From Macrostomum lignano (Eukaryota): a stretch of DNA of 64,000 nucleotides. Location: positions 1 to 64,000 of the forward strand of contig NIVC01000851.1 in NCBI GenBank assembly GCA_002269645.1, read 5' to 3'. Shown here piece by piece: positions 27,663-39,119 of the stretch. The number at the start of each line of letters is the position of its first letter. Within the stretch, counting starts at the first letter, position 1. The notes beneath the pieces are model-generated. The model saw nothing but the letters and a program-made list of their open reading frames with translations, was not told where the DNA came from and did no database searches. The position numbers were made by a program, and so were the translations under genes.

Positions 27663-29495
27663 TTACAGCTTAATCAGTTTAGTATTCAGCATGTAGTGCT
27701 CGTAGCAGCAGGCCCGCTCGGCCCCAGTCCTGGACCGATAAATTATGGAAGTTGGGTTCTTGTGCCACTTCCAGGAGCGAAAACCGATGTTGAATAGGCC
27801 CAACCAAACACGCACCAGACGGGTGTAGTCTGTGCTGACCTGTACCATTTCACCTGTGTGCGACTCAAACAGCAACTGCTTCACCTGATGCAAGCATCCC
27901 TCCTGGATGGCCCGTTCTAGGCTCGACCATTCCCAGTGCTCGATATCGATTTTAACAATGTCAATTGGCCTATTAACATAGCCAAGCTCATCTAATAGGT
28001 GACAAAGTGTCCGCATCTTCCAACCGCTGGAAGAGTCTACCTTGTTCTCGGCGCCCAGGCCAGTGCGGTAGAACCAAGACGTCTGCTTGCGCTGGTGATC
28101 ACTCGTGCCAGTCATACTGGGATCAAACATGTACACCTTGCAGCGGTATTTCTCTGCCAATTGATCGTCGAATTTCCAAATGTTGTTGATGCCGAATGAG
28201 AAGGCCACGCACGGATCAGACCGGCTGATGTCAAACGGGGCGGTAAAGCAGACGTCCCAACCACCGTCTCCGGAATCGCCGACTCGCCTACTAAACGGAC
28301 ACGCGATCTGTTGCTGCTCCACAAAGGCAAAGTACATATCCTCCACCTGCCTTTCCGTTTGGTTACCAAGATTGACTCGTCGAAGAGACTCCAGTCGGTT
28401 GAAGTTGCCAGTCTTGGAGATGGGCAGCAGTGTTCGAAGGTCGACGTTGGCCGAATCAGACGGGTTCCTGGCGGCCGATAAGTTTGCATCAGTTGTCAGG
28501 AAGTTGGAATTGATGTAGTACAGCTCGTGGCAGCAGGTTCGCAAAGTTGCATCATGCCGGCTGATGAAGTTACCGAACGTATTCCAGTTGTAGTGCCACA
28601 GACGGAAGCCAAGGCTGTGCAGACTTTCCAGGACAGCAAAGTACTCGAGATAGTCGTTGGCTGTGGCTTTACGCTTAATATGCGTCTCCAACAAGAGCTG
28701 CTTGACATTTTTTAGCGAACCATCCTTGACTGCAGTCTTCAGAGCTGGCCACTCTGAATGTTCGATGTCAATTTTCAGTATATCGATCACGCGATCTTCT
28801 GCTTTGAATCTCCTCAGGAATCCCAAATAACTGTCAACAGGCCAAGAGTGCAATGTTCCTTTCGCTGCGTGCAGGCCCTCGTTAAGAAAAACTATCTGCT
28901 CGCTGCGTACGAAGCTCTCTTTGTTCATGGACGGATCGAATGTTATCACGCGGCATTTAAACAGTTTCGCTACCTGGTCATCGAACTCCCAGATATTGTT
29001 GATGCCGAACGAGAAGCTGTAGCAGGGCTGCTTCGGTCCGAACGGTCCGGTTAGGCACAGATTCCAGCCGCCGTCGTCAGTTCGACCCAGCCTGCGGTTA
29101 GTTGAACACTCCGCCGTCAGCTCCAGTAGTACATTCTCGTACAGACTCTCTAGTTCCGACACGTTAAGCGTGGCCAGCTGATTCCCACGGGGATAATGCC
29201 GCTGTCTGTTGCTTCTAAGTCGGATAATACCGTTGTCGTAACGATGCACGGTAGGTACCGCATAGTTCGACTCAGACGCCGTCGCTGGAGCTGACTCCAC
29301 CGAAACGGTTGGCGCTGTCGGCATAGAAGCATTCGACTGCCGACTGCACAAAAACGGAGAAGTTCTGATTTCGGAATCGATGCTGCAAAACAGCAGTAGA
29401 CTGGCAGCGGCGCTGCACACTAGAAATAGAAGAGCGGAGGGCTTGTTCAACCAGGCTAAGGGTTTTTTTGCTGGGCCGATTTTGTGCGGCAGCAT
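27663..29495 (-). CDS. Intronless type II membrane protein with two tandem METTL24-like (Methyltransf_22/FkbM-related) domains, about 610 aa
   Basis: First ATG at 29495 is followed by a hydrophobic anchor (ALLFLVCSAAASLLLFCSI). The motif series occurs twice: RRLG..DGGWNLC / RRVG..DGGWDVC, SFGINNIWEFDD / SFGINNIWKFDD, FDPSM, DILKIDIEHSEW / DIVKIDIEHWEW, KQLLLETH / KQLLFESH, CC.ELYYIN / CCYEHYMLN. Confidence 0.9.
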   Translation of the reverse strand: MLPHKIGPAKKPLAWLNKPSALLFLVCSAAASLLLFCSIDSEIRTSPFLCSRQSNASMPTAPTVSVESAPATASESNYAVPTVHRYDNGIIRLRSNRQRHYPRGNQLATLNVSELESLYENVLLELTAECSTNRRLGRTDDGGWNLCLTGPFGPKQPCYSFSFGINNIWEFDDQVAKLFKCRVITFDPSMNKESFVRSEQIVFLNEGLHAAKGTLHSWPVDSYLGFLRRFKAEDRVIDILKIDIEHSEWPALKTAVKDGSLKNVKQLLLETHIKRKATANDYLEYFAVLESLHSLGFRLWHYNWNTFGNFISRHDATLRTCCHELYYINSNFLTTDANLSAARNPSDSANVDLRTLLPISKTGNFNRLESLRRVNLGNQTERQVEDMYFAFVEQQQIACPFSRRVGDSGDGGWDVCFTAPFDISRSDPCVAFSFGINNIWKFDDQLAEKYRCKVYMFDPSMTGTSDHQRKQTSWFYRTGLGAENKVDSSSGWKMRTLCHLLDELGYVNRPIDIVKIDIEHWEWSSLERAIQEGCLHQVKQLLFESHTGEMVQVSTDYTRLVRVWLGLFNIGFRSWKWHKNPTSIIYRSRTGAERACCYEHYMLNTKLIKL

Positions 29496-30364
29496 TTTTA
29501 TTATTACTATAGTTGACGTCTTCCAGCAGTCGTACAAAAACCAATGGACGACGTTGCACTGAACACAATAAATCAATGCTTTAGTAGATAAAGCCTGAGC
29601 CTTGCTTGCGACTGTCTGAACTCTGGCCAAGTCAGTAATCGGGTTGCTTTTCTTCTATCTTATGCTTCAGAGCGCACCCCTAGCACCTGTGCGCAAATAA
29701 AGGAAAGAAGGAAGGCTTCACGAATCACGAAAGAGGAACCAAAATTCGAAGCCCAAGGCCTGGCATGCTCTGGCGCTTTACTGGTATTTTCGCAATGTAC
29801 ACTCTTGCACTGAAGAAGGCGCATTACACTGTCCAATAACTGAAGGCGCATATGCACATTCAGGAACGACGGGTTCGAGGGGAAAACAGGGGGGGGGGGG
29901 GGCATTGGATGGGGTTCGGTGATGCACTGCAAACAGTGAAGTAGCTGTCCAACGAATAGCACATTTAGTCATTCCGAACTGTTCCTCTTGCCTCTCTCTA
30001 TAACCTTCCATTCTACGAGCTAGCCATGGCGGCCTCTATAGCAGGGGAAGCGATCGAACGGGGGATTGGAGGGATCCTGTTAAACTTGCACACTTTGGTG
30101 TTTTGAATTATGAAAACTATATCAGCCAAATTTAACAACTTTTAAACAAATCAATTTAGCAAAGTTTGTGTTGCAGAAATGCTTATCGGATTTCTTCTGG
30201 TTCGATAAGGAAATTCTTTATCACTTTGTTACTTTGAAGACATTTGAAGAAATGTGTCTAATACTCGTAGATATGTAAAGTTAAATCCAGCAGATTAAGT
30301 AAAAATAGTCACAGATTCCCATGAGTCCTTACTTGGCTTTCGAATTTAAAGCACTTAATTTTGG

Positions 30365-31030
30365 CTCCCTGTCTATGACTGACTGTCTATGACAATTCCT
30401 GTCTATGACTCCCTGTCTATGACTCCCTGTCTATGACTCTCTGTCTATGACTCCCTGTCTATGACTCCCTGTCTATGACTCTCTGTCTATGCCTCCCTGT
30501 CTATGACTCTCTGTCTATGACTGCCTGTCTATGACAATTCCTGTCTATGACTCCCTGTCTATGACTCCCTGTCTATGACTCCCTGTCTATGACTCCCTGT
30601 CTATGACAATTCCTGTCTATGACTCCCTGTCTATGCCTCCCTGTCTATGACTCTCTGTCTATGACTGCCTGTCTATGACAATTCCTGTCTATGACTCCCT
30701 GTCTATGCCTCCCTGTCTATGACTCTCTGTCTATGACTCCCTGTCTATGCCTCCCTGTCTATGACTGCCTATCTATGACTCCCTGTCTATGACTCTGTCT
30801 ATGCCTCCCTGTCTATGACTCTCTGTCTATGACTGCCTGTCTATGACAATTCCTGTCTATGACTCCCTGTCTATGCCCTCCTGTCTATGACTCTCTGTCT
30901 ATGACTCCCTGTCTATGCCTCCCTGTCTATGACTCCCTGTCTATGACTCTCTGTCTATGACTCCCTGTCTATGACTCTGTCTATGACTTCCTGTATATGA
31001 CTCCATGCCTGACTCCCTGTCTATGTCTCC
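30365..31030. repeat. 14-bp minisatellite (CTGTCTATGACTCC) with variants
   Basis: Read directly. Confidence 0.96.
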
Positions 31031-31744
31031 CTAAGCCTTCCTATCATCCTATCTAAATTTAATTCCTTTACAAACAATCAATCAGGTACATGTAGCATTT
31101 TGTTATTGATTGATCGACTGCATTGGCATTGATAGTGTTGATACATTATTGAACGCTTGGTAGCTTAGCAGAAATGGAATAGAATAAATATAAAAACATA
31201 TCACATTGTTTGAATTTAATTTTTACTTTTTCTTTATTCCATAAATGGATGAACGCATACTCAATTGCTTAAGTGAAGAGTTTTATTTTCGTCTGGAGAG
31301 CCTCCACAGAGAATTGACTGTCCTTCAGCCTTCACTTTCACATGTGAAGACTTCCACGCCCAGTCAAATTGAAAAAAAGGAAAAGAATAGCTCGTAGATA
31401 TGCAATTTTGGCTCCCTTAAATTGATTATACCCTACGCCTGTGCAATGATTTTTAGGGATTGCGTTTGAGTTCTTTCATTTTTCGAGGCCTTTAAAGGTA
31501 TTTCGAATCGAACTGTTACTAAGAAGCGCCTGCATAGAGGATCGAGGCGTTTATCTCTGCTGAACATTCCCACATTGTAAAAGGTCCTATAATACACAAC
31601 AGTTAATTGATAAATGGGTTTTGTTTTTGTCTCACTTCTGATTTCTACTCATTAATTACTGATTCAATTCCAGCGTACACAAGTAACACTACATGTACAG
31701 GCGACGGCGACGTTGTGCTGGAATACTAAGAACAATATTCTATG

Positions 31745-31900
31745 AGGCGTTGTAGCCTTATAGTGGTCTGAGTGTCAGACTCACGACTGAAAGGTCGTGG
31801 GTTTGATTCTCGACCCACTCGAAACAATTTGTCCTTGAGCAAGACATTTAACTCTGCATTGCTTCAGTTCACTCAGCTGTAAAATGGGTGCCAGCATTAG
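31745..31900 (+). mobile_element. tRNA-derived SINE with a CORE-like central domain
   Basis: A-box-like TAGTGGTCTGAG, tRNA-like body and B-box-like GGTTTGATTC, followed by GTCCTTGAGCAAGACATTTAACTCTGCATTGCTTCAGTTCACTCAGCTGTAAAATGGG, which resembles the recalled MIR CORE consensus. Confidence 0.75.
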
Positions 31901-32451
31901 CTGGGGTAATTAAGCCCAATTGAGGCCCAATGTTAGTGTAATGGTTATAATATGTTTATACGTTAAAACATTATGCAGTTTTTGTTCAGTATATTTTGAT
32001 CAATTGTCGTGCCGATACTTTAAAATGTAAACCCGATCTCGTTAATGCAGTAATCAGCGTATATATACTGGTTACTAAATTCTGCCAGCTTAAAATGTAT
32101 TCTCATAGCAATTAGTTTTGTCAGATTCTATATGTATCAAGTTTCACTGTAGGAGTGTTATGTAGCTGTAAGTATTACATGTATATATCTGCACTTCCTG
32201 CCCCGAGCTAGCTCTATGCAGATTTTTGTTATAGTTTCTCTATATGACCCAAAAAGTGTTTTATTTATGCAAAGCTGGTTGTTTCGCAGAAAACTTTATT
32301 CAAAATACAGTATATTAATTGTGGCTTGTTTTTTTTTCTAAATTGCTTCCTGCTTGCCAGCAAACCTAACATATAATGGCTATTCATATGCACATGTGCA
32401 TACTAGCTTTATCAATTATTTGGTCATTTATATGATCTATAATCTAAAAAC

Positions 32452-32845
32452 TTATAGAAACGGCGGCCGTGCCTCTAATCGTGATTAGGTCCATTACTTA
32501 TAGATACGGCCGGGCCGCCGTGTCTAATAGCTATAAGAGCTTTTAGACACGGCGGCCGTGTCCGTAATACATTACATGTAGAACACGTCTCTCACTGGAG
32601 ACAGCGGCCGTGTCAATGAGTCTGCACAGCGCCAGCGGTCGTGTCATTATTAATATTATTGAATGAGTTCATACTAGAAGACACCGAGGGTGGCCGCGTG
32701 TCCCTATATAAGAATCCATTCGACGCTACTGGATACGGCGGCGGTCTCTTTATTGCCAAAATTTAAAGCAACGGTGTACCATGTCAGCTTACACGGCGAA
32801 CGTGCCTATTAAGCTCCAGCATTATAGACACGGCCGCCGTTTCTA
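32452..32845. mobile_element. About 390-bp element with TIRs (TAGAAACGGCGGCCGTG) and about 9 internal palindromic GACACGGCGGCCGTGTC-like motifs
   Basis: The ends are reverse complements; the motif recurs every 30-55 bp with different spacers. Confidence 0.6.
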
Positions 32846-34767
32846 AGTACTGAAAATATACCATGTCAAGTACGAAAATTTGAAAATATTTTTACGACCC
32901 ACCGTTGCGATGTAAGTCCAATTTGTTCCTTAGATAATTCTGTCTATTTTTTATTTCCAACCAACGAAGCTTGTTACTAAATTAGAGCATTTAATTGCGT
33001 AAAAAGGTCGGTAAAATATAGTTTCGATCCAGATATTTTGTTAAGATATATTTATATCTGCGTACTTTTGAAATTTCTCACCGAATTTGTGTCAACTGGA
33101 AACGTCCCGATGACGCCGCTGGAAAGTATTATAGAGGGTGGTGCCGTGGTGGGTGGTATAATAGAGGGAAATTGCCAATTGGCATTACTGGCTAGTTACT
33201 GGCGTTAATGTACCTAAACAAAATTTCATTAAATTTTAATTAACTAAAGACTCGATGCTTGTAAAATACAGTTGCTTCCTGTTTGCCATCAAACTAAAGC
33301 TTGTAATAGAATTTCCATGACAATGACATTTGATTTTGAGATTTTTCAATGCAAAAATAGAAGCAATCATTATCATAACAACGAGCGTATACTACGAGCG
33401 TATTTTATAAGTTTTTTTGTAATTAATAATGTTTCTGTTTACCTAGGCCCTATGGCTTGATTCCTTGATAATAACTTAAAATGCTCTTAAAATTCTAAGA
33501 AAATATTTGAAATACTATTAAAACAAAGCCTAAGGGACAATAGCATTAAAGAGAAGTATATGTCTATGATTACTAGGTTTTGTGATGGTTGCCTTTTTGA
33601 CTTGCCCTTTTGACTGTCACCTTTTTGACTATCACCCTTTTAATCAATTGCCTTTTTGATTGGTTCCTGACCATATATTTCACTTATAAACCAGTTTAGT
33701 AAGGGCATTTTGGCCTACCTATAACTATAACGTATAAGTATATAATTGTAATAATATAATTGTGATCATGTAATATACACTATATAGATATATGTATAGG
33801 GGTCTAGTATTTATTTATCAATCTTATTTATTTTTTTATGTTTTGATTCTTAAATGTTTTATATAAGTCTAATTTTTATAGGTTAGTGGCTATTGGGTAG
33901 AAATTGAGCCCTATGAAATGGGGCTCAATTTCCATGCATAGGGCCTACAATTTTCCATGCATACAATTGTCCCCAATGTAAATTTTTATATAATTTTATA
34001 TATAAATTTTTTTATATATAAATAATGTAAATTGTCCCCAAAGTTATTCTAATGCATTTTATGCCATTTATACTATATAGACCTACATTGATATATATTT
34101 GTTGTAAAAAGTCTAACATTCTCTTAAGAAAAATAATGCTAACTGCAACTGGCTAAGCAATTAATTTTTCATAAATTACTTTTGATTTTTTCTAAATCAA
34201 TTAAAAATACAAATTTTTGTGATAAATTTTTGGTTTAAAGTAAGATAAGTAAAAATATTGGGATACCAATATTAAAATATTAAATGTTGTAATACCAACA
34301 ACTTATAAGATTTTTAAATATTAAAAATCATAGAGCAATTTGGCTTTTTGGGTCTAAACTTAGGATGCCAAGTTGATAGCAAGGATGTTAAGTGATATCA
34401 ATGAAAATATAAATCAATTAAAATGCTAATATTATCCTTTGAATAGCTAAGCCTTTCTGACCCTTAGAAGTTGCAGATGTCTACAAACTCCATGTTTACA
34501 GATTAGTCCAAGTGTGACAATCAATTGATTAAAGTCTTTAAAGTCTTAAGATCTCAATAATTATAAAGTACAATATTAATGTTTCTTCTTGATCTTGACT
34601 TACTTACTTATTAAGGATCTTGATGCATATTTATGAAAAAAAACCTAGCAATGCTAAGGCTTAAAAGAGGGAGTGATGCAAAGATGCCAAGGAGAAAGGC
34701 TAAGGACTCAAGCATTATTGCCTCTAGTCTCATTAGAGTCTGCCAACTCTGTTAACTGCATGTAGCC

Positions 34768-36291
34768 ATGGGGCTGGCCCTGTCAGAGCTGCTACAACGC
34801 TGTGCAGATGGCGGCTACTGCCAGTCAGCTGGTTTCCTGCGCTGCGCTCAGCGCCATCCCACTCTGCTGGAGGCGCCGCTGCATCTGCTCACAGCCAGCC
34901 GGGTCGACGCTCTTGTTGACACTGTTGCTAAGCAACTATCCGACTGCGGCACCGACTCTGGGACCGCTACCGACCTGGCCGAGTTGCTTGCCTACATTCA
35001 CCTGTTTGCGCCGCGCCCGCCCGCCCCAGCTGGCGCCGATCTGGATAGGGTGGAGGCCGAACTGGCGCGACTGCGCAGCGCCGCTGAAGCAGCTGCCGGC
35101 GCTGGCGCCTCCGCTGGTGCCGTGGCCGCTTTGCGCTTCGCAATTCGCGACTCGCTGCTCTTTCTTGGTCTGAACGGGCGCCAGATTTGCAAACGCCAGT
35201 GGCGCCTTGACGCGCCAAGCGCGACCGATTTTGCGCAGAATTGCGCGGCGCTTATCGACGAACAGAACGCGCGCTTTAAGGAGTTGCGCCACGCCAAAAA
35301 TAGCGAATCTGTTTCTGCAGACGAGGCGCGTTTCTGGGGCGAGAGCGACTTGGAGGCCGACGACCCCGTTGGCGACGCCGCCGCAGCGCTGGAGCCGGCG
35401 CCGGCGCAAATGTCCAAAAAGAAGATCGCCCGCCTGGCCCGGCGCCTCGGCCGTTGCGCCGCCCGTCTGGTTAACGCTGCCGACCTCGCAGATTTTTGTC
35501 GCGACTTGCTGCGCCTGCTGGCTGAGCCTGGCCGAGTCCTGCGCGCCGGCCTCGACGCCGACGCTGTGGCCGCCTGGCGTCGTGCGTTCGATGTCAGCGT
35601 GACGCGCGCCCTGCCCCTGCTGCAGGCTGCAGAGGCGCCAGAACAGGCGCTAGACGCGACTCTGGCTTGCCTAGAATTCTGGCGCCGCCTGTTGGACCGA
35701 CGGCGCTGCCAGACGGACGGCTGGTTCGGCGTTCCGGCGCTACAGTGCGCCCTGCAGTGCCTGCTCTGCCTGCCCGACTGGAATTCTGCAGCCGTGGCTT
35801 CGCCTTGTTCGCGTCTCCGTCTGATTGCTGCGACGGCTCGGTTTGTAGTGAAATCCGTGTCCCGGTTTCGCGAGTACCTGTACGCCTCCCCGGCCGCCCT
35901 GCTGGCCCTGCTCACCCGCCAGGTGGTCGCCTTCGTTGACTGCATCGATGCCACTAGCCAACCAGCGGCGTCGTCCGAGGAGCTTCGTCTGAGCCTGTCG
36001 GAGTTGAGCAAGGCTGCTCAGTCATTTTGCAGCGGCGAGCACAGGAAGCAGCTGGCTAAAACTGCCTGGCCACTGCTGGCCGCCTACGCCAACAGGCTGC
36101 ACTCTGGCTCGGCTATCGACACCCGCTGGCGCCAGGAGCTGGACGCGGCCGTGGCGGCGCCCTTCCTGGCCGTGACAGATCGGCACGCGCATTCGCATCT
36201 GCGCGTCGGCTTGAAACCGGGGCCGCGCGAAATATTAAGAAATTTACACGCCGCCTACTTGAAGTACTATAAATTTCACGGCGATGTTTAG
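34768..36291 (+). CDS. URB2: URB2/Npa2-like nucleolar pre-ribosomal protein (507-aa ORF holding the C-terminal Urb2 domain; may be 5'-partial)
   Basis: The C-terminus LKPGPREILRNLHAAYLKYYKFHGDV* matches the recalled Urb2 end (LQPGMRDIFKELYNDYLKY). GC-rich coding composition, GCCATGG start preceded by an AG, and AATAAA at 36321. Confidence 0.75.
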   Translation: MGLALSELLQRCADGGYCQSAGFLRCAQRHPTLLEAPLHLLTASRVDALVDTVAKQLSDCGTDSGTATDLAELLAYIHLFAPRPPAPAGADLDRVEAELARLRSAAEAAAGAGASAGAVAALRFAIRDSLLFLGLNGRQICKRQWRLDAPSATDFAQNCAALIDEQNARFKELRHAKNSESVSADEARFWGESDLEADDPVGDAAAALEPAPAQMSKKKIARLARRLGRCAARLVNAADLADFCRDLLRLLAEPGRVLRAGLDADAVAAWRRAFDVSVTRALPLLQAAEAPEQALDATLACLEFWRRLLDRRRCQTDGWFGVPALQCALQCLLCLPDWNSAAVASPCSRLRLIAATARFVVKSVSRFREYLYASPAALLALLTRQVVAFVDCIDATSQPAASSEELRLSLSELSKAAQSFCSGEHRKQLAKTAWPLLAAYANRLHSGSAIDTRWRQELDAAVAAPFLAVTDRHAHSHLRVGLKPGPREILRNLHAAYLKYYKFHGDV

Positions 36292-36508
36292 GTTTTGAAA
36301 TTTATTACCTTGTTACTGAAAATAAAGCACTTCGTTCTATTTGGCATTTGGTGTGCAATTGTATGCATTGTTAGTTGACTTTAAATTCTTGTTTCTTTTT
36401 GTTTTCTTAAATTTTTCTGAATAAGGTGATGCCGCATCAGTTTGTACTTCTGTCTGATATAACTACTCAATTATTTTGTTGCATGATCTGCCTAGCAACT
36501 GTCTAACA

Positions 36509-39006
36509 ATGCTGACGGAAGTTTCTAAGAATATGTGCTTCGGTGGCTGGCAGAAGGTGTTTAGTCACGAAAGGTGAGGTTGCGGGTATTTTTTTGTGTT
36601 GCTGAGAGTTTATCTTACAGATCTTCAGGCTGTGTGCTGCCCCCCCCCACCCCAGATCCTCAGGCTGTGTGCTACCACCATCCCAGATCGTCAGGCTGTG
36701 TGCTACCACCATCCCAGATCTTCAGGCTGTGTGCTGCCACACTCCCCCCCAGATCCTCAGGCTGTGTGCTGCCCCCCCCCACCCCAGATCCTCAGACTGT
36801 GTGCTGCCACACTCCCAGATCCTCAGGCTGTGTGCTGCCACACTCCCAGATCCTCAGGCTGTGTGCTGCCACACCCCCCCAGATCCTCAGGCTGTGTGCT
36901 GCCACACTCCCAGATCGTCAGGCTGTGTGCTGCCACACTCCCAGATCGCCAGGCTGTGTGCTGCCACACTCCCCCCAGATCCTCAGGCTGTGTGCTACCA
37001 CCATCCCAGATCGTCAGGCTGTGTGCTGCCACACGCCCCCAGATCCTCAGGCTGTGTGCTGCCACACTCCCAGATCCTCAGGCTGTGTGCTGCCACACTC
37101 AGATCCTCAGGATGTGTGCTGCCACACCCCCCCAGATCCTCAGGCTGTGTGCTGCCACATTCCCAGATCCTCAGGCTGTGTGCTGCCACACTCTCAGATC
37201 CTCAGGCTGTGTGCTGCCACACTCCCAGATCCTCAGGCTGTGTGCTGCCACCATCCCAGATCCACAGGCTGTGTGCTGCCACACTCTCAGATCCTCAGGC
37301 TGTGTGCTGCCACACTCCCAGATCCTCAGGCTGTGTGCTGCCACACTCCCAGATCCTCAGGCTGTGTGTGATGGGTAAATTATTCAAGCAATAATAAAGC
37401 ACTGCACCAGCCCAAGAGCAGTCCATCTCCCCTGTAACTCTCCAGCTCCGAGCTCGGCTGCTCAATGCGATTCGCGGTGTACCTGCCGCCCCAGAGCGAG
37501 TCCGGGCCTCGTCCGGCCCTGTTTTACCTGTCCGGCCTCACCTGCACAGAGCAGAATTTCATCACCAAGGCTGGTGCGCAGCAATACGCCGCCAAGCACG
37601 GCCTCATTGTAGTGGCGCCCGACACCAGCCCGCGCGGCATCGGCGTGCCTGGCGAGGACGACAGCTACGATCTGGGCACCGGGGCCGGCTTCTACGTTGA
37701 CGCCACCAGGGAGCCATGGGCTAAGAACTACCGGATGCACTCTTACATCACAAAGTGAGTCGGCTGTTGGCTTGCTCCTGATCTGATCCCATCCTTCCCC
37801 CATCCCGAATCCCATCCTTTCCCCTTCCCGATCCCATCCCGATCCCATCCTTCCCCCTTCCCGATCCCATCCTTCCCCCTTCTCGATTCCATCCTTCCCC
37901 CTTCCCGATTCCATCCTTCCCCCTTCCCGATTCCATCCTTCCCCCATCCCAATCCCATCCTTCCCCCATCCCGATCCCATCCTTCCCCCTTCCCGATCGC
38001 ATCCTTCCCCCTTCCCGATCCCATCCTTTCCCCTTCCGGATCCCATCCTTCCCCCATCCCGATCCCATCCTCCCCCCTTCCCGATCCCATCCTTTCCCCT
38101 TCCCGATCCCATCCTCTCGCCTTCCCGATCCCCATCCTTTCCCCTTCCCGATCCCATCCTTCCTGATCCCATTCCTTCCCTCTTCCTAATCCCATCCTTC
38201 CCCTCCCTGATTCTATCCTTTCCCCCTTACCGATACCATCCTTCCACATTCCTGGTGCAATTTTCCTATGCTTCTAACTCCCGATCCTATATAGCTCATT
38301 GGAGTCCTGTGTAGCTCATTTGAGTCCTATCTAGCTCATTTGAGTCCTATCTAGCTCATTTGAGTCCTATCTAGCTCATTTGAGTCCTATCTAGCTCATT
38401 TGAGTCCTATCTAGCTCATTAGAGTCCTATCTAGCTCATTTGAGTCCTATCTAGCTCATTTGAGTCCTATCTAACTCTTCAGTAATCCCAGACTCAATAT
38501 TGATCAAACTGCTGCCAAATCCCTCCAGAGAGCTGATGAAGCTGGTGCTGGAGAATTTCCCTGTAAAGCCTGGCGCCATCGGCATCACCGGGCACAGCAT
38601 GGGCGGTCACGGCGCCCTGATCTGCGCCCTGCGCAACCCCGGCCTCTACCGGTCCGTGTCGGCCTTCTCCCCGATCTGCAACCCGTCCGCCTGTCCCTGG
38701 GGGCAGAAGGCTTTCACTGCTTATTTCGGCGAATCGGCCTCGGCTGACTGGGAGGCTCACGACGCGACGAAGCTAGCGGCTGGCTACGCCGGGCCCGAGC
38801 TGGAGCTGCTCATCGATCAGGGCGAGGCGGACGAGTTTCTAGGAAAAGGCCAGCTGCTGCCCGAGCGTCTGGTGAACGCCTGCTCTGGCAATGCCCGGCT
38901 GAAGACCCGGCTGAGAATGCAGAAAGACTACGATCATTCCTATTTCTTTATTGCCAGCTTCATTGGAGATCACATTGAGCATCATGCTAAGGCGCTGCTG
39001 GCCTAG
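36509..39006 (+). CDS. ESD: S-formylglutathione hydrolase / esterase D, 3 exons, 283 aa
   Basis: Exons 36509-36573 ([22 protein letters not shown]), 37446-37754 and 38529-39006, all phases consistent. Motifs [53 protein letters not shown]. Confidence 0.97.
36620..37370. repeat. About 31-bp minisatellite filling ESD intron 1
   Basis: CCCAGATCCTCAGGCTGTGTGCTGCCACACT and variants. Confidence 0.96.
37788..38245. repeat. About 22-bp pyrimidine-rich minisatellite (CCCATCCTTCCCCCTTCCCGAT) in ESD intron 2
   Basis: Read directly. Confidence 0.92.
38290..38475. repeat. 20-bp minisatellite (TAGCTCATTTGAGTCCTATC) in ESD intron 2
   Basis: Read directly. Confidence 0.94.
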
Positions 39007-39119
39007 ATTTCTGACTTACGGAATTGAGAGATCGACAGCTTTAATCTGAGCTCATCTGCCATTGCTGTCTGGTTGTCTTCAAGTTTTCTTACCTTTCGAT
39101 TCTCCTAGCACTTTTTGTT

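Noticed and set aside
31750-31822. Functional tRNA gene
   Set aside because: Acceptor stem is not complementary and the sequence continues into a SINE body.
32452-32845. CRISPR-like repeat-spacer appearance
   Set aside because: Eukaryotic context, degenerate repeats, irregular spacing, inverted termini and no cas genes; kept only as a repeat element.
33900-33932. Perfect 12-bp stem hairpin (GAAATTGAGCCC / GGGCTCAATTTC)
   Set aside because: Isolated, with no supporting context to assign a function.
36574-37394. Three-frame open Cys/Pro-rich ORFs
   Set aside because: They lie wholly within the ESD intron-1 minisatellite.
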